The notes beneath the pieces are model-generated. The model had not been told where the DNA came from. It ran no database searches and saw nothing but the letters and a program-made list of their open reading frames with translations. From contig JBGVKN010000082.1 in assembly GCA_045123795.1 (NCBI GenBank), positions 26,147 through 90,146 of the forward strand: DNA of 64,000 bases, written 5' to 3'. Within the stretch, counting starts at the first letter, position 1, and every line of letters starts with the position of its first letter. Below are positions 18,859 to 29,853 of the stretch, piece after piece. Origin of the DNA: Faecousia sp. GTDB lineage: Bacteria; Bacillota; Clostridia; Oscillospirales; Oscillospiraceae. The position numbers and the translations under genes are program-made.

Positions 18859-20694
18859 ATGGGAAATTATGAAAAGGATCGCGGGATGACCGCCCGCGAA
18901 AACGCCGAAGTCGATAAAGCCTTCCGGCAGGTAACCGGAGGATCTGCCGCTGCTAAACGGCCCACTGCCAAGCAGATCGCCGCACGCAAAAAGGCAGCCC
19001 GAAACCGCAAGATTGCCATTATCAGCGTTTGCTCCGTTGTTTTGGTGCTGCTGATCGGTTTGATCATTGGTATGATTGCCCTCTCCGGCGGGAAGAAGGA
19101 TGATGGAAAAATTCTGAATAACGTCTGCGCCGGTGGTGTCAATCTGGGTGGCATGACCATCGAGGAAGCCAAAAACGCCCTGCACCTGGCCACTGACAAC
19201 ACCTTCACCAAGAAGGATATGGTCGTCAAGCTGCCTGACACCAGCTTCACGCTGTCCCCTGCGGGCACCGGTGCCAAGCTGGATGTCGATGCTGTGGTGC
19301 AGGCCGCCTACGATTACGGACGCACCGGCTCTGAGGCTGCCAACAAGAAGGCGCAGCAAAATGCCGCCACCACCATTCACACCATTGCCCTGCTGCCCTA
19401 TCTGGATCTGGATCTGCAGTATATCCACAGCACCATTGAGGATTTCTGCGGCACTTACAGCAGCACCATGACCCAGCCCAACGCCATGCTCAAGGGCGAC
19501 CGGCCTGCCTTTGATCCGGAATACCCCGATCTGCCTGTGCCTCACCAGACACTGGTGATCACCATGGGCACTCCGGACTACATTCTGGATGCCGATGATC
19601 TTTACGACGAGGTTCTGGATGCGTACAGCCTGAACGAGCTGACCGTCAACTACAAGGCCCCCGCTGTCACGGAGCCTGAAAATCCCAGCGCCGAGGCCCT
19701 GTTTGCCGAGCACTGTCTGGCTCCTGTAGACGCCGCCATTGACGACGTGACCTTTGAGGTTACCCCCGAGATTTACGGCTACGGCTTTGACATTGAAGCC
19801 GTTCAGAAACAGATCAATGCCGCCCAGTATGGCGAAACCATCGAGATCACTTTAGGCTTCATCATGCCGGACATTACCGCAAAAATGCTGACCGAGGATC
19901 TGTTCCAGGATATTCTGGCTACATACACCTGCACCTACTCCGGCACCCACGAGGGCTGGCTGACCAATGTGGCTCTTTCCTGCGAGGAGCTCAACGGCTT
20001 CGTCCTGAAGGCCGGTGAGGAATTCTCCTTCAACAAAGTCATTGGCAGACTGACCGTGGAGAAGGGCTACCAGAAGGCACCCGGCTTCCGTGGCGGTGTA
20101 GAAACCGACATTCTCGGCGCCGGCATCAGCCAGACCGCTTCCGCCCTGTACTACTGCGCCCTGCTGTGTGATTTTGAGATTCTGGAGCGGCACAACAGCG
20201 GCTACGCCGTGGATTACGCACAACTGGGTCTGGATGCCAGCGTTAGCTGGGGTACCGAAGATCTGCGGTTGGTCAACAACACCGACGAACCCATTCGCAT
20301 CGTGGCTGTTGCCGAGGGTGGTAGCGTCACCATTCGGATCTTCGGCACAGAGAACAAGAACTACGATGTGCAGCTTCGTACCGAAACTGTGGCACAGTAC
20401 GATCCTGAGATCATTTATCAGACCATGGACAAGAACAACGTCATGGGTTATGAAAACGGTCACATTCTGACCTCCGGCATCACCGGCTACGATATTGAGG
20501 TTCACATGGATAGACTCCATAAGCAGACCGGCTCTGTGATCTCCAGCGAGCTGGTGAACACCTCCAAGTACAGCAAGCGTGATCAGAAGGTCGTGCGCAT
20601 CGAGTCCGATGAGCCCATGACTCCTTCCGACCCCGTGAACATACCGGATGATCCTGCCGATATCCTCGAGGATATTCTGAATGGATTGCTTTAA
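18859..20694 (+). CDS. VanW-family membrane-anchored protein
   Basis: N-terminal TM; GEEFSFN, GAGISQTASALY and GLDASVSWG VanW-like motifs; G5-like tail. Confidence 0.8.
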   Translation: MGNYEKDRGMTARENAEVDKAFRQVTGGSAAAKRPTAKQIAARKKAARNRKIAIISVCSVVLVLLIGLIIGMIALSGGKKDDGKILNNVCAGGVNLGGMTIEEAKNALHLATDNTFTKKDMVVKLPDTSFTLSPAGTGAKLDVDAVVQAAYDYGRTGSEAANKKAQQNAATTIHTIALLPYLDLDLQYIHSTIEDFCGTYSSTMTQPNAMLKGDRPAFDPEYPDLPVPHQTLVITMGTPDYILDADDLYDEVLDAYSLNELTVNYKAPAVTEPENPSAEALFAEHCLAPVDAAIDDVTFEVTPEIYGYGFDIEAVQKQINAAQYGETIEITLGFIMPDITAKMLTEDLFQDILATYTCTYSGTHEGWLTNVALSCEELNGFVLKAGEEFSFNKVIGRLTVEKGYQKAPGFRGGVETDILGAGISQTASALYYCALLCDFEILERHNSGYAVDYAQLGLDASVSWGTEDLRLVNNTDEPIRIVAVAEGGSVTIRIFGTENKNYDVQLRTETVAQYDPEIIYQTMDKNNVMGYENGHILTSGITGYDIEVHMDRLHKQTGSVISSELVNTSKYSKRDQKVVRIESDEPMTPSDPVNIPDDPADILEDILNGLL

Positions 20695-20783
20695 TACCAA
20701 CAGCCCCGAACGAAACGTTCGGGGCTGTCCTTTTGTATGAAAGAAGGGCTGCCGCAGGTGCGGCAGCCCTTTCGATCTGCAAA

Positions 20784-21323
20784 TCAATAATTCTCGGCGT
20801 GGACTTCGAAGTAGCTCTGGGGATGGGCACAGGTGGGGCAGATGTCGGGAGCATTGGTGCCGACCACCAGATGACCGCAGTTACGGCACTCCCAGACCTT
20901 GACCTCGCTCTTAGCGAAGACCTGAGCGGTTTCCACATTCTTCAGCAGCGCACGATAACGCTCCTCGTGATGACGCTCAATGGCAGCCACCAGACGGAAC
21001 TTCTCAGCCAGCTCGTGGAAGCCTTCCTCGTCAGCGGTTTTGGCGAAGCCATCGTACATATCCGTCCACTCGTAGTTCTCACCGGCGGCGGCAGCAGCTA
21101 AGTTCTCAGCGGTATCACCAATGCCGTTCAGCTCCTTGAACCACAGCTTGGCGTGCTCCTTCTCATTGTCAGCAGTCTTCAGGAACAGAGCTGCAATCTG
21201 CTCGAAGCCTTCTTTCTTAGCCTTAGAAGCAAAATAGGTGTACTTGTTGCGAGCCTCGGACTCACCGGAGAAGGCAGCCATCAGGTTCTTTTCGGTCTGA
21301 GTGCCAGCATATTTATTAGCCAT
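20784..21323 (-). CDS. rbr: Rubrerythrin
   Basis: [18 protein letters not shown] and C-terminal CRNCG..CPTC. Confidence 0.93.
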   Translation of the reverse strand: MANKYAGTQTEKNLMAAFSGESEARNKYTYFASKAKKEGFEQIAALFLKTADNEKEHAKLWFKELNGIGDTAENLAAAAAGENYEWTDMYDGFAKTADEEGFHELAEKFRLVAAIERHHEERYRALLKNVETAQVFAKSEVKVWECRNCGHLVVGTNAPDICPTCAHPQSYFEVHAENY

Positions 21324-21396
21324 ATTGGTTTCCTCCATTTGTTTTATTTGATACGCTTATTATACCATGGTTTTTAAAAAATGGAAAGGTTTTTTC

Positions 21397-22071
21397 TTAC
21401 ACCGCATAAAATAAAATGCACAGGAATTGTAGCAGGCTGCCCAGCACCACAAAAATATGAAATATAGAATGGAGCCAACGCTTTTTAGAGCCAACACCGT
21501 ACAGCACCGCACCAACGGTAAAGCTGATTCCGCCTGCCAGCAGCAGGACAAAGCCCGGCATGGTCAGCACCTCCACGGTCTGCTTCGCAAAAGGCAGAAT
21601 GGCCCAGCCCATGCAGATGTAGCAGATCATAGAGAACACATTATACTTTTTCAAATCGATGGCGGTCAAGGTCACCGCCAAAGCCGTCAGCGCCCACTGG
21701 AAGCCAAACATACTCCAGCCCAACAGCGGGTAAGCAGGACGCAGAGCCGACAGGGCGATCACTGTATAGGTTCCCGCAATCAGGAAGTAGATGGTGCAGT
21801 GATCCAAGATCTGCATCACCTTCTTGCCGGTGCTGGGTCGCAGGCCGTGATAGATGCTGGACATACTATACAGCGCAATCATACAGCCGCCGTAAATTGC
21901 CGATCCCACCACGCCGTAGACATTGCCATTCAGGGCAGCAAAAATCACGCACAAGGTCAGGGCCGCAATTCCCATCGCACCGCCAACAATGTGAGTAACC
22001 ATATTCATAATCTCCTCACCACGGGTGTAATCCGGCAAATGGCGCTCGGAAAGCTTTAATCGTTTTTTCAT
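21397..22071 (-). CDS. Hemolysin III / PAQR-family membrane protein
   Basis: EEIMNMVTH, SSIYH, LDHCTIYFLIAGTYT and HSIFHIFV; start at MKKRLK. Confidence 0.9.
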   Translation of the reverse strand: MKKRLKLSERHLPDYTRGEEIMNMVTHIVGGAMGIAALTLCVIFAALNGNVYGVVGSAIYGGCMIALYSMSSIYHGLRPSTGKKVMQILDHCTIYFLIAGTYTVIALSALRPAYPLLGWSMFGFQWALTALAVTLTAIDLKKYNVFSMICYICMGWAILPFAKQTVEVLTMPGFVLLLAGGISFTVGAVLYGVGSKKRWLHSIFHIFVVLGSLLQFLCILFYAV

Positions 22072-22179
22072 AGGGTTCCGCCTTTCAAAAGGAATGGAGG
22101 CATTATAACACATTTCGGCGTAGAATGAAACTACTTTTTGTATACATCGCTCTACCTGTAGTAGATTTTCAAAAAAATG

Positions 22180-22208
22180 TTGACAAATCCAAGGTTTTCT
22201 ACTACAAT
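22180..22208 (+). promoter_or_regulatory. Sigma-A promoter for the lysA leader
   Basis: TTGACA-N17-TACAAT. Confidence 0.8.
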
Positions 22209-22221
22209 TCCATAAGAAACC

Positions 22222-22435
22222 ATGGCTGAGGTTGCGGTGTTCATCAGTATCCTCCGGTTTGGCAATTGCCGGAGCGGGAAAGGGGCCACCGCCGAAGAAT
22301 ACATACGGTGCCAAACGGTGTATTCTGGGCCCGGGCAGAAAATGCGCGGGACTGTCATCCGGAAAAATCGGATGGAGTGCTGACCTGGGGTGTATTGACT
22401 TTCTATGCCCTTTGTCAACTGACATGGGGCATTTT
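22222..22435 (+). ncRNA. Lysine riboswitch (L-box) with terminator
   Basis: GAGGTTGCG..AGTA..GAAAGG..GCCGAA..CTGGG..ACTGTCA..TGGAGTGCT pattern; hairpin ATGCCC..GGGCAT followed by T run; directly upstream of lysA. Confidence 0.88.
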
Positions 22436-22456
22436 AACTGTAAAGAGGGATAAAGA

Positions 22457-23722
22457 ATGAAGAAGACACCGTTTTTAACACTGGAAAAGGCTAAGGAGAT
22501 CTCCGCCCAGATCCCCACCCCCTTCCACATTTATGACGAGGCCGGTATCCGGGCCAATGCCCGGGCGCTGAAGGCCGCCTTTGCGTGGAACAAGGGCTTC
22601 CGGGAATTTTTCGCTGTGAAGGCAACTCCCAATCCGTACATCCTGAAAATCCTCAATGAAGAAGGCTGCGGCTGCGACTGCTCCAGCTACACGGAGCTGC
22701 TGCTGTCCGAGGCTGTGGGTATCACCGGTCGGGATGTCATGTTCTCCTCCAACGTAACCCCGGAGATCGATATGAAGAAGGCCGTGGACATGGGCGTTTA
22801 CATCAATCTGGACGACGCCACCCACGTGGATTTCCTGGAGCGGATCACTGATGAAATGCCTGACACCGTCTGCCTGCGTTACAATCCCGGCGGCTCCTTC
22901 ACCATCAGCAACACCATCATGGATATGCCCCGGGATGCCAAGTACGGCATGACCGAGGATCAGATGGCCGGTGCCATAAACCGCCTGATGAAGCTGGGTG
23001 TGAAGCATTTCGGCATCCACGCCTTCCTGGCCTCCAACACCACCACCAACGAATACTATCCGGAGCTGGCCACCAACCTGTTCCGTCTGGCCGTCCGGCT
23101 GCGCAACGCCACCGGTGCCCATATTTCCTTCATCAACCTGTCCGGCGGCATCGGCGTGGACTACCGTCCCGAGCAACCCTGCTGCAACATCGGCATTATT
23201 GGTGAGGGCGTTCGCCAGCGCTATGAGCAGATCCTGACTCCCGCAGGCATGGATGATGTGGCAATCTTCACCGAGCTGGGCCGTTTCATGCTGGCTCCCT
23301 ACGGTCACCTGATCTCCACCGTGCTGCACCAGAAGCACATCTACCGGGAATATGTGGGTCTGGATGCCTGCGCCGCAGACCTGATGCGTCCTGCCATGTA
23401 CGGCGCTTACCACCACATCACTGTGCTGGGCAAGGAGGACGCCATTTTGGATCACGTTTACGACGTGACCGGCGGTCTTTGCGAGAATAACGACAAGTTT
23501 GCCATTGAGCGCAGCCTGCCCGAAATCCAGATCGGCGATATCGTTGCCATCCACGACACCGGTGCCCACGGTCATTCCATGGGCTATAACTACAACGGCA
23601 AGCTCCGTCCCGCCGAGGTTCTGCTGCAGGAGGACGGCGGCTTCAAGCTGATCCGCCGTGCGGAAACACCTGCCGACTACTTTGCAACTCTGGACTGCAC
23701 ACCCTTCATGCCCAAGTGCTGA
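22457..23722 (+). CDS. lysA: Diaminopimelate decarboxylase
   Basis: FAVKATPN (PLP lysine), LMRPAMYGAYH, GGLCENND and MGYNYN. Confidence 0.93.
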   Translation: MKKTPFLTLEKAKEISAQIPTPFHIYDEAGIRANARALKAAFAWNKGFREFFAVKATPNPYILKILNEEGCGCDCSSYTELLLSEAVGITGRDVMFSSNVTPEIDMKKAVDMGVYINLDDATHVDFLERITDEMPDTVCLRYNPGGSFTISNTIMDMPRDAKYGMTEDQMAGAINRLMKLGVKHFGIHAFLASNTTTNEYYPELATNLFRLAVRLRNATGAHISFINLSGGIGVDYRPEQPCCNIGIIGEGVRQRYEQILTPAGMDDVAIFTELGRFMLAPYGHLISTVLHQKHIYREYVGLDACAADLMRPAMYGAYHHITVLGKEDAILDHVYDVTGGLCENNDKFAIERSLPEIQIGDIVAIHDTGAHGHSMGYNYNGKLRPAEVLLQEDGGFKLIRRAETPADYFATLDCTPFMPKC

Positions 23723-23874
23723 TTTATGCAAAATATACAAATGGGTGCCGTAATTTTCGGCACCCATTTGACTTTATTTACAATAATTTATCATGATTTC
23801 TCCTGCAATCTATGCTATAATAGCAACGGGGCAGCAAAGAGTACGCTGCCCAGTCGAGTGTAAAAGGAGCGATT

Positions 23875-24294
23875 ATGAATAACATCTTATTTTTTCTAAC
23901 ACCAAAGGCCATGTGCGCCTATCTATACGATGACTACACCCTCCGGCAGGCGCTGGAGAAAATGGAAGGCTCCGGCTTTGCCGCCCTGCCGATCCTGAAT
24001 CGCCATGGCGAATATCGGGGCACCTTGACCGAGGGTGACCTGCTGTGGGGATTGAAGAATATGTGTTACATGGATATCCGTCTGGCAGAAGCCCATCGAA
24101 TCATGGAAATCTCTCGTCGCAAGGACAACATTCCTGTTCGGGTCACCACCTCCATGCGGGATCTGGTAGAACGAGCCAGCGGGCAGAACTTTGTTCCCGT
24201 GGTGGATGACAAGGATGCATTCATCGGAATCATTACCCGGCGTTCCATTATCCAATACTGTATGCACCAGCTTTTTCAAGACGATTGTACATAA
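23875..24294 (+). CDS. CBS-domain protein
   Basis: Tandem CBS signature (ALPIL..GTLTEGD; FVPVVDD..GIITR); AAGGAG RBS. Confidence 0.85.
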   Translation: MNNILFFLTPKAMCAYLYDDYTLRQALEKMEGSGFAALPILNRHGEYRGTLTEGDLLWGLKNMCYMDIRLAEAHRIMEISRRKDNIPVRVTTSMRDLVERASGQNFVPVVDDKDAFIGIITRRSIIQYCMHQLFQDDCT

Positions 24295-24475
24295 TGCACG
24301 CAAGCTGCCGCTTTTTGCGGCAGCTTTTTTGACAGCGGATTTCGGCAAAATCCACGGAAAACTCTTGCATATTTTGGGGAATAATGATAATATAAGCGAG
24401 TAGTAGGCTCTAATGAAAAATGGGCGGTCTGTGGGCCGCTGTAAAAACAGAACCAACGACTGAAGGAGAAATACT

Positions 24476-25321
24476 ATGACATCCCAGGAAAAGAACCAGC
24501 TTGCCATTACCGCATGCAAGGTGCGCATGGGCATTATCGAATCCACCCACGCTGCCAAGTGCGGTCATCCCGGCGGCAGTATGTCCGCTGCGGATATGTT
24601 CACCTACCTGTATTTTAAAGAATTGAACGTTGACCCCAAGAACCCCAAGTGGGAGGATCGGGATCGTTTTGTGCTGAGCAAGGGCCACACTGCCCCCGGC
24701 CTGTACGCCGCTCTGGCACTGCGTGGTTTCTTCCCTGTGGAAGACCTGCTGACTCTGCGTAAGGTGGGCAGCTACCTGCAGGGCCACCCCAATATGAACT
24801 CTGTCCCCGGTGTTGATATGTCCACTGGCTCTTTGGGTCAGGGTATCTCCACCGCCTGTGGCATGGCACTGGCTGCCAAGGTCAAGGGCAAGGAAAACCG
24901 CGTCTACACCCTGCTGGGTGACGGCGAGATTCAGGAGGGTCAGGTCTGGGAGGCTTGTATGTTCGCAAGCCACTACAAGCTGGACAACCTGTGCGTCATC
25001 ATCGATAACAACGGTCTGCAGATCGACGGCGATGTAGCCAAGGTCATGAGCCCCTATCCGATCGTAGACAAGCTGGAAGCCTTCGGTTTCCATGTGGAAG
25101 CCATCGATGGCCACGACTTTGAGCAGATCGAAGCTGCACTGAACACTGCTAAGACTGTCAAGGGCAAGCCCTCCGCCATTGTCATGAAGACCGTGAAGGG
25201 CAAGGACGTTTCCTTTATGGAAAACAACGCCGGCTGGCACGGTGTTGCACCCAACGATGCCCAGTTCGAGCAGGCAATGACTGAACTGAAGGCGAAGCTC
25301 AACGAACTGGAGGGCAACTAA
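24476..25321 (+). CDS. Transketolase N-terminal subunit
   Basis: GHPGGSMS, DRFVLSKGH and GDGEIQEG TPP motif. Confidence 0.93.
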   Translation: MTSQEKNQLAITACKVRMGIIESTHAAKCGHPGGSMSAADMFTYLYFKELNVDPKNPKWEDRDRFVLSKGHTAPGLYAALALRGFFPVEDLLTLRKVGSYLQGHPNMNSVPGVDMSTGSLGQGISTACGMALAAKVKGKENRVYTLLGDGEIQEGQVWEACMFASHYKLDNLCVIIDNNGLQIDGDVAKVMSPYPIVDKLEAFGFHVEAIDGHDFEQIEAALNTAKTVKGKPSAIVMKTVKGKDVSFMENNAGWHGVAPNDAQFEQAMTELKAKLNELEGN

Positions 25322-25322
25322 T

Positions 25323-26264
25323 ATGGCAGACGTTAAGAAAATGGCTACCCGTGACGGCTACGGCAAGGGCCTTGTGGCTCTGGGCGAAGCCCACGATGAT
25401 ATCGTTGTGCTGGACGCAGACCTGGCTGGTTCCACCAAGACCGGTATGTTCGCCAAGGCATTCCCCGACCGTCACTTCAACTGCGGCATTGCCGAGGCTG
25501 ATATGATGAGCGTAGCTGCAGGCCTTGCCACCAGTGGCTTCACTCCCTTCGCTTCCTCCTTTGCTATGTTCGCTTCCGGTCGTGCTTTCGAGCAGATCCG
25601 CAACTCCATCGGCTATCCCCACCTGAATGTGAAGATCGGCGCTTCTCACGGCGGTATGTCCGTCGGTGAGGACGGTGCCAGCCATCAGTGCTGCGAGGAT
25701 TTCGCCCTGATGCGCTCCATCCCCGGCATGGTGGTCATTTGCCCCGCCGACGGTGTGGAGGCCGAGGCTGCCACCAAGGCTGCTTACGAATACCAGGGTC
25801 CCGTGTATCTGCGTATGGGCCGCCTGGCTGTGCCTGTGTTCCACGAGGAAGGCTTTGAATTCCAGATCGGCAAGGGCGAAGTGATGCGTGAGGGCAACGA
25901 CATTGCCATCATCGCCAACGGTCTGATGGTTTACGAAGCCATCAAGGCAGGCGAGGCTCTGGCTGCTGAGGGCATCAACGCCCGGATTATCAATATGTCC
26001 ACCGTTAAGCCCCTGGACGAGGAGATGGTGCTGAAGGCTGCTAAGGAATGTGGCAAGATCATCACCTGTGAGGAGCACAGCGTCATCGGCGGTCTGGGCG
26101 AGGCTGTTTGCAGCTTCCTCAGCGAGAATTATCCTACCCCCGTACGCCGCATCGGTGTAAACGATCAGTTCGGCTTCTCCGGCCCTGCCGGCGAGGTTCT
26201 GGAGGCCTTCGGTCTGTGCGCTGACAACATCGTTAAGACCACCAAGGAATTCCTCGGAAAATAA
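25323..26264 (+). CDS. Transketolase C-terminal subunit
   Basis: GIAEADM, GEDGASHQ and EEHSVIGGLG. Confidence 0.93.
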   Translation: MADVKKMATRDGYGKGLVALGEAHDDIVVLDADLAGSTKTGMFAKAFPDRHFNCGIAEADMMSVAAGLATSGFTPFASSFAMFASGRAFEQIRNSIGYPHLNVKIGASHGGMSVGEDGASHQCCEDFALMRSIPGMVVICPADGVEAEAATKAAYEYQGPVYLRMGRLAVPVFHEEGFEFQIGKGEVMREGNDIAIIANGLMVYEAIKAGEALAAEGINARIINMSTVKPLDEEMVLKAAKECGKIITCEEHSVIGGLGEAVCSFLSENYPTPVRRIGVNDQFGFSGPAGEVLEAFGLCADNIVKTTKEFLGK

Positions 26265-26436
26265 AAGATTTCCAAACGCTGCCGTCATCCGACGGCAGCG
26301 TTTTTATGAGGAAATTGGTTGGATTTTCAGATGAACAACTGGTTTTTTGGATAGAATACCAGTTGTAAATTCTTACGAAACATTATATAATATAAAGGTT
26401 AATGAACTTATCACACATCGGAGGATGTTTTCGTAT

Positions 26437-27795
26437 ATGGATAATCGAAGCCAAGCAATCAAGCAGTACATCCAGCCGGGCCGCCGGGTTCATCTGGTGG
26501 GCATCGGCGGTGTTTCCATGCGTCCGCTGGGTCTGGTGCTCAAGGGCATGGGGCTGCTGGTCACCGGATCGGACATGAATTCTTCCGTTTCCACGGATGA
26601 ACTGATCGCACAGGGCATCCACGTTTCCATCGGCCACCGGGCCGAAAATATTGTGGGTGCGGACTGCATCATTCGTACCGCCGCCGCCCACAACGACAAT
26701 CCCGAAATTCAGGCCGCCCGAGCCGCCGGTATCCCGATTTTTGAGCGGGCGCAGGCTTGGGGCGTGATCATGCAGGAATACAAGAACGCCATCTGCATTT
26801 CCGGCACCCATGGCAAAACCACTGCCACCTCCATGATGACCCACATCCTCATGGCGGCCCAATGGGACCCCACCGTGATGATCGGAGGCTATCTGCCCAT
26901 GCTCCATGCGGGTCATCGGGTGGGTCACGGCGATACCATCATCATGGAAAGCTGTGAATACTGCGACTCCTTCCTGAACTTCTACCCCACGCTGGCGGTG
27001 ATTTTGAACATTGAAGAAGACCATCTGGACTACTTCAAGGATCTGAAGGAGATCGAGCATTCCTTCCATCAGTTTGCTGAGTTGGCAACGGATCGCATCC
27101 TCGCCAACGGCGATGATGCGAACACCGTCGATGCTCTGGAGGGACTGAGCTATGTGACCTTCGGCTTTGGTGCCCAGAACCGGGTTCGGGCCGAGAATAT
27201 TTCCCACGACTGGCAGCATTTTGATGTTGTTTGCGACAACGAGATCTACTGCCATCTGAATTTGCAGGTACTGGGACGGCACAATGTGCTCAATGCGCTG
27301 GCTGCCGCCGGTGCGGCATGGCTGCTGGGTGTTCCCGGCGAGGCCGTTACCGCAGGTCTTGCCACCTTTACCGGTGCTGACCGCCGTTTGCAGTTTAAGG
27401 GCAAGTTCAACGGTGCGGACGTATATGACGATTACGCCCATCACCCCGGCGAACTGGCTGCTACCATTGATGCGGTGCAGTCTATGGATTATAAACGCAT
27501 CGTGCTGGCCTTCCAACCCCACACCTACACCCGCACCCACGCCCTGTTCCATGATTTTGTCCGGGAGCTGAAGAAACCGGATGTGGTGGTTTTGGCTGAG
27601 ATCTACGCCGCTCGTGAGCGCAACACTGTGGGTATTTCCTCCCGTGATATTCAAAATGAAATTCCCGGTGCGATCTATTGCGAAACGCTGCCAGAAGTGA
27701 CTGCGTATCTTCGCTCCATTGCCCAGCCCGGTGATGTGATCCTGACCGTCGGTGCCGGCGATATCTATCGTGCCGGTGAAGCACTGCTGAAATAA
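26437..27795 (+). CDS. murC: UDP-N-acetylmuramate--L-alanine ligase
   Basis: GIGGVSM, GTHGKTT, DDYAHHP and FQPHTYTRT. Confidence 0.95.
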   Translation: MDNRSQAIKQYIQPGRRVHLVGIGGVSMRPLGLVLKGMGLLVTGSDMNSSVSTDELIAQGIHVSIGHRAENIVGADCIIRTAAAHNDNPEIQAARAAGIPIFERAQAWGVIMQEYKNAICISGTHGKTTATSMMTHILMAAQWDPTVMIGGYLPMLHAGHRVGHGDTIIMESCEYCDSFLNFYPTLAVILNIEEDHLDYFKDLKEIEHSFHQFAELATDRILANGDDANTVDALEGLSYVTFGFGAQNRVRAENISHDWQHFDVVCDNEIYCHLNLQVLGRHNVLNALAAAGAAWLLGVPGEAVTAGLATFTGADRRLQFKGKFNGADVYDDYAHHPGELAATIDAVQSMDYKRIVLAFQPHTYTRTHALFHDFVRELKKPDVVVLAEIYAARERNTVGISSRDIQNEIPGAIYCETLPEVTAYLRSIAQPGDVILTVGAGDIYRAGEALLK

Positions 27796-27819
27796 GAAAA
27801 AGGACGGTTTTCGCCGTCC

Positions 27820-28227
27820 TTAATCCTCAAGAACCAGCTTATCCACACCGGAAAGCTGAAACTCATCCATGTATTTGTTCATGCGGTCTACGATCTCACC
27901 GTAGTTTTCATCGGTGATCTGGGGATAGTCCATATCCCGCCGGGAAAGCTCCTCGGCTAAGATCTCGTAAAACACCGCATCCTCATAGCAGGCGATGGCC
28001 TCGTGGATGCCGCCCTCGGTATATGCCTTAGACGGGACGGCAACGCCGTTCCAATCCTCCACCAGCACATCCATTTTATGTGCACGGCACAGGCCAAAGA
28101 GCTTGCTTTCCACATCATCATAGTCACCGAAACGATTATCTCCCCGGGTTGAATTGAGAACCCAATTCCCGATGTACACCAGATCCAACAGCCGGCGGAA
28201 TTCTTTCTGTGTCAGATCGATCTGCAT
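27820..28227 (-). CDS. Hypothetical protein (135 aa)
   Basis: AAAGGAGGG RBS before MQIDLTQKEF; coding-like composition. Confidence 0.75.
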   Translation of the reverse strand: MQIDLTQKEFRRLLDLVYIGNWVLNSTRGDNRFGDYDDVESKLFGLCRAHKMDVLVEDWNGVAVPSKAYTEGGIHEAIACYEDAVFYEILAEELSRRDMDYPQITDENYGEIVDRMNKYMDEFQLSGVDKLVLED

Positions 28228-28330
28228 GGCGATCCCTCCTTTTGATTTCCGTTGCAGTCTATTATAGCATCTGCTTTCTGTTTTTAAAGAGGAAAAATGT
28301 AAATTTTGCAATAAGATGAGGCGATTATTC

Positions 28331-29395
28331 GTGAAGAAATTAAACGTTTGCGTCCTGTTTGGCGGCATGAGCCCGGAGCATGAGGTTTCCCTGCGCTCCG
28401 CTGAAAGCGTGCTGAACAATATGGATAAGGAAAAATACGATATTTTTCCTGTGGGCATCACGAAAGAGGGTCAGTGGATTCTCTTTGGCGGCAACGACTA
28501 TGCCGAGCTGCCCGCCGGAAAGTGGCTGGAAAATCGCAACAACCGTCCTGCCGCCATCTCCCCCGTGCGGGGTCACGGTCTGCTGTGCTTTGGCAATGAC
28601 GGTGTAACACAGACCAAGATCGACGTGGTCTTCCCTGTTCTGCACGGCGAAAACGGCGAGGACGGCGCTATGCAGGGCCTGCTGCAATTGGCAGGTATTC
28701 CCTATGTTGGCCCTCACGTTTCTGCGTCCGCCGTTTCCATGGACAAAACCCTGACCAAGCTGGTAGCCGACAAGGCCGGTGTTACACAGGCTGCATGGCA
28801 TCTGGTTCGCCGGGGCGATCTGGACGGACGACTGGAGCAGACGCTGGACACACTGGAAGGTCGCTTCGCTTATCCCATGTTTGTCAAGCCCTCCGGCACC
28901 GGTTCCTCTGTCGGCGTTTCCAAAGCCGCTGATCGGGCCGCACTTGAAAAAGCTCTGATTGCGGCAGCTGTCTATGATGACAAGGTTCTGGTCGAGGAAT
29001 TTATCCGTGGCCGAGAAGTGGAAGTGGCCGTCATGGGCAACTCCAGCCCCATGGCCTCTGTCTGCGGCGAGATTGACTCCGGCGCAGACTTCTATGACTA
29101 CGATGCAAAATACGTCACCGACACCTCCACCGCCTATATTCCTGCCCGCATCAATGAGGATGTAGCCGAGCAGGTGCGTGAAGCCGCTGTGAAGATTTAC
29201 AGCGCCATCGGCTGTCAGGGTTTGAGCCGTGTGGATTTCTTCGTCACATTCGACGACAACCGGGTCGTATTCAACGAAATCAACACCCTGCCCGGTTTTA
29301 CTTCCATTTCCATGTATCCCAAGCTGTTTGATGCCAGCGGCATTCCCTACAGTCAGCTCATCGACGAGCTGCTGCGGCTTGCCATGGAGGCATAA
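28331..29395 (+). CDS. ddl: D-alanine--D-alanine ligase
   Basis: GGMSPEHEVS, LHGENGEDG, GSSVG, FYDYDAKY and NEINTLPGF. Confidence 0.95.
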   Translation: MKKLNVCVLFGGMSPEHEVSLRSAESVLNNMDKEKYDIFPVGITKEGQWILFGGNDYAELPAGKWLENRNNRPAAISPVRGHGLLCFGNDGVTQTKIDVVFPVLHGENGEDGAMQGLLQLAGIPYVGPHVSASAVSMDKTLTKLVADKAGVTQAAWHLVRRGDLDGRLEQTLDTLEGRFAYPMFVKPSGTGSSVGVSKAADRAALEKALIAAAVYDDKVLVEEFIRGREVEVAVMGNSSPMASVCGEIDSGADFYDYDAKYVTDTSTAYIPARINEDVAEQVREAAVKIYSAIGCQGLSRVDFFVTFDDNRVVFNEINTLPGFTSISMYPKLFDASGIPYSQLIDELLRLAMEA

Positions 29396-29396
29396 C

Positions 29397-29819
29397 ATGA
29401 AAATACCTGTTGTGCTGAGCATCTGCGGCAAGCAGTTTTATGAGGAGCAGGAGCCGGAGGTCATCGAGCTGGTGACGGAAGGCACCATGGAATCCTTTGG
29501 GAACGGCTGGAACATCTGCTATGAAGAAAGCAGTCTAACCGGTATGGAGGGTGTGACCACCTGCTTCCTGGTGGAGCCTGACAAGATCACCCTGACCCGC
29601 ACCGGGCGGCTCAACTCTCAGATGGTTTTCCAGATCGGCGTGCTCCACGAGTCTCTGTACCGGATGGAATTCGGCACCCTGATGATCACCGTTTGCGCCA
29701 GCAAAATGGCTTACGATATCACAGAATTGGGCGGTACGGTAGATCTAACCTACGGCATTGACATTGAGCAAAGCGCCGGTGGGTTGGTTGAGTACCATCT
29801 GGACATCAAGGCAAAATAA
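29397..29819 (+). CDS. DUF1934-like beta-barrel protein
   Basis: IELVTEG..YEESSLTGMEG..T pattern; directly follows ddl. Confidence 0.75.
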   Translation: MKIPVVLSICGKQFYEEQEPEVIELVTEGTMESFGNGWNICYEESSLTGMEGVTTCFLVEPDKITLTRTGRLNSQMVFQIGVLHESLYRMEFGTLMITVCASKMAYDITELGGTVDLTYGIDIEQSAGGLVEYHLDIKAK

Positions 29820-29853
29820 TGAATGCCACGAGGAAAAACCTCGTGGCATTTTG

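Noticed and set aside
18859-20694. VanW plus ddl as a vancomycin-resistance system
   Set aside because: No vanH/X/R/S genes nearby; Ddl has the Tyr-containing FYDYDAKY loop typical of D-Ala-D-Ala ligases.
22072-22530. N-terminal extension of the hemolysin III ORF to 377 aa
   Set aside because: Runs antisense through the lysA promoter and riboswitch; the likely start is ATG 22071.
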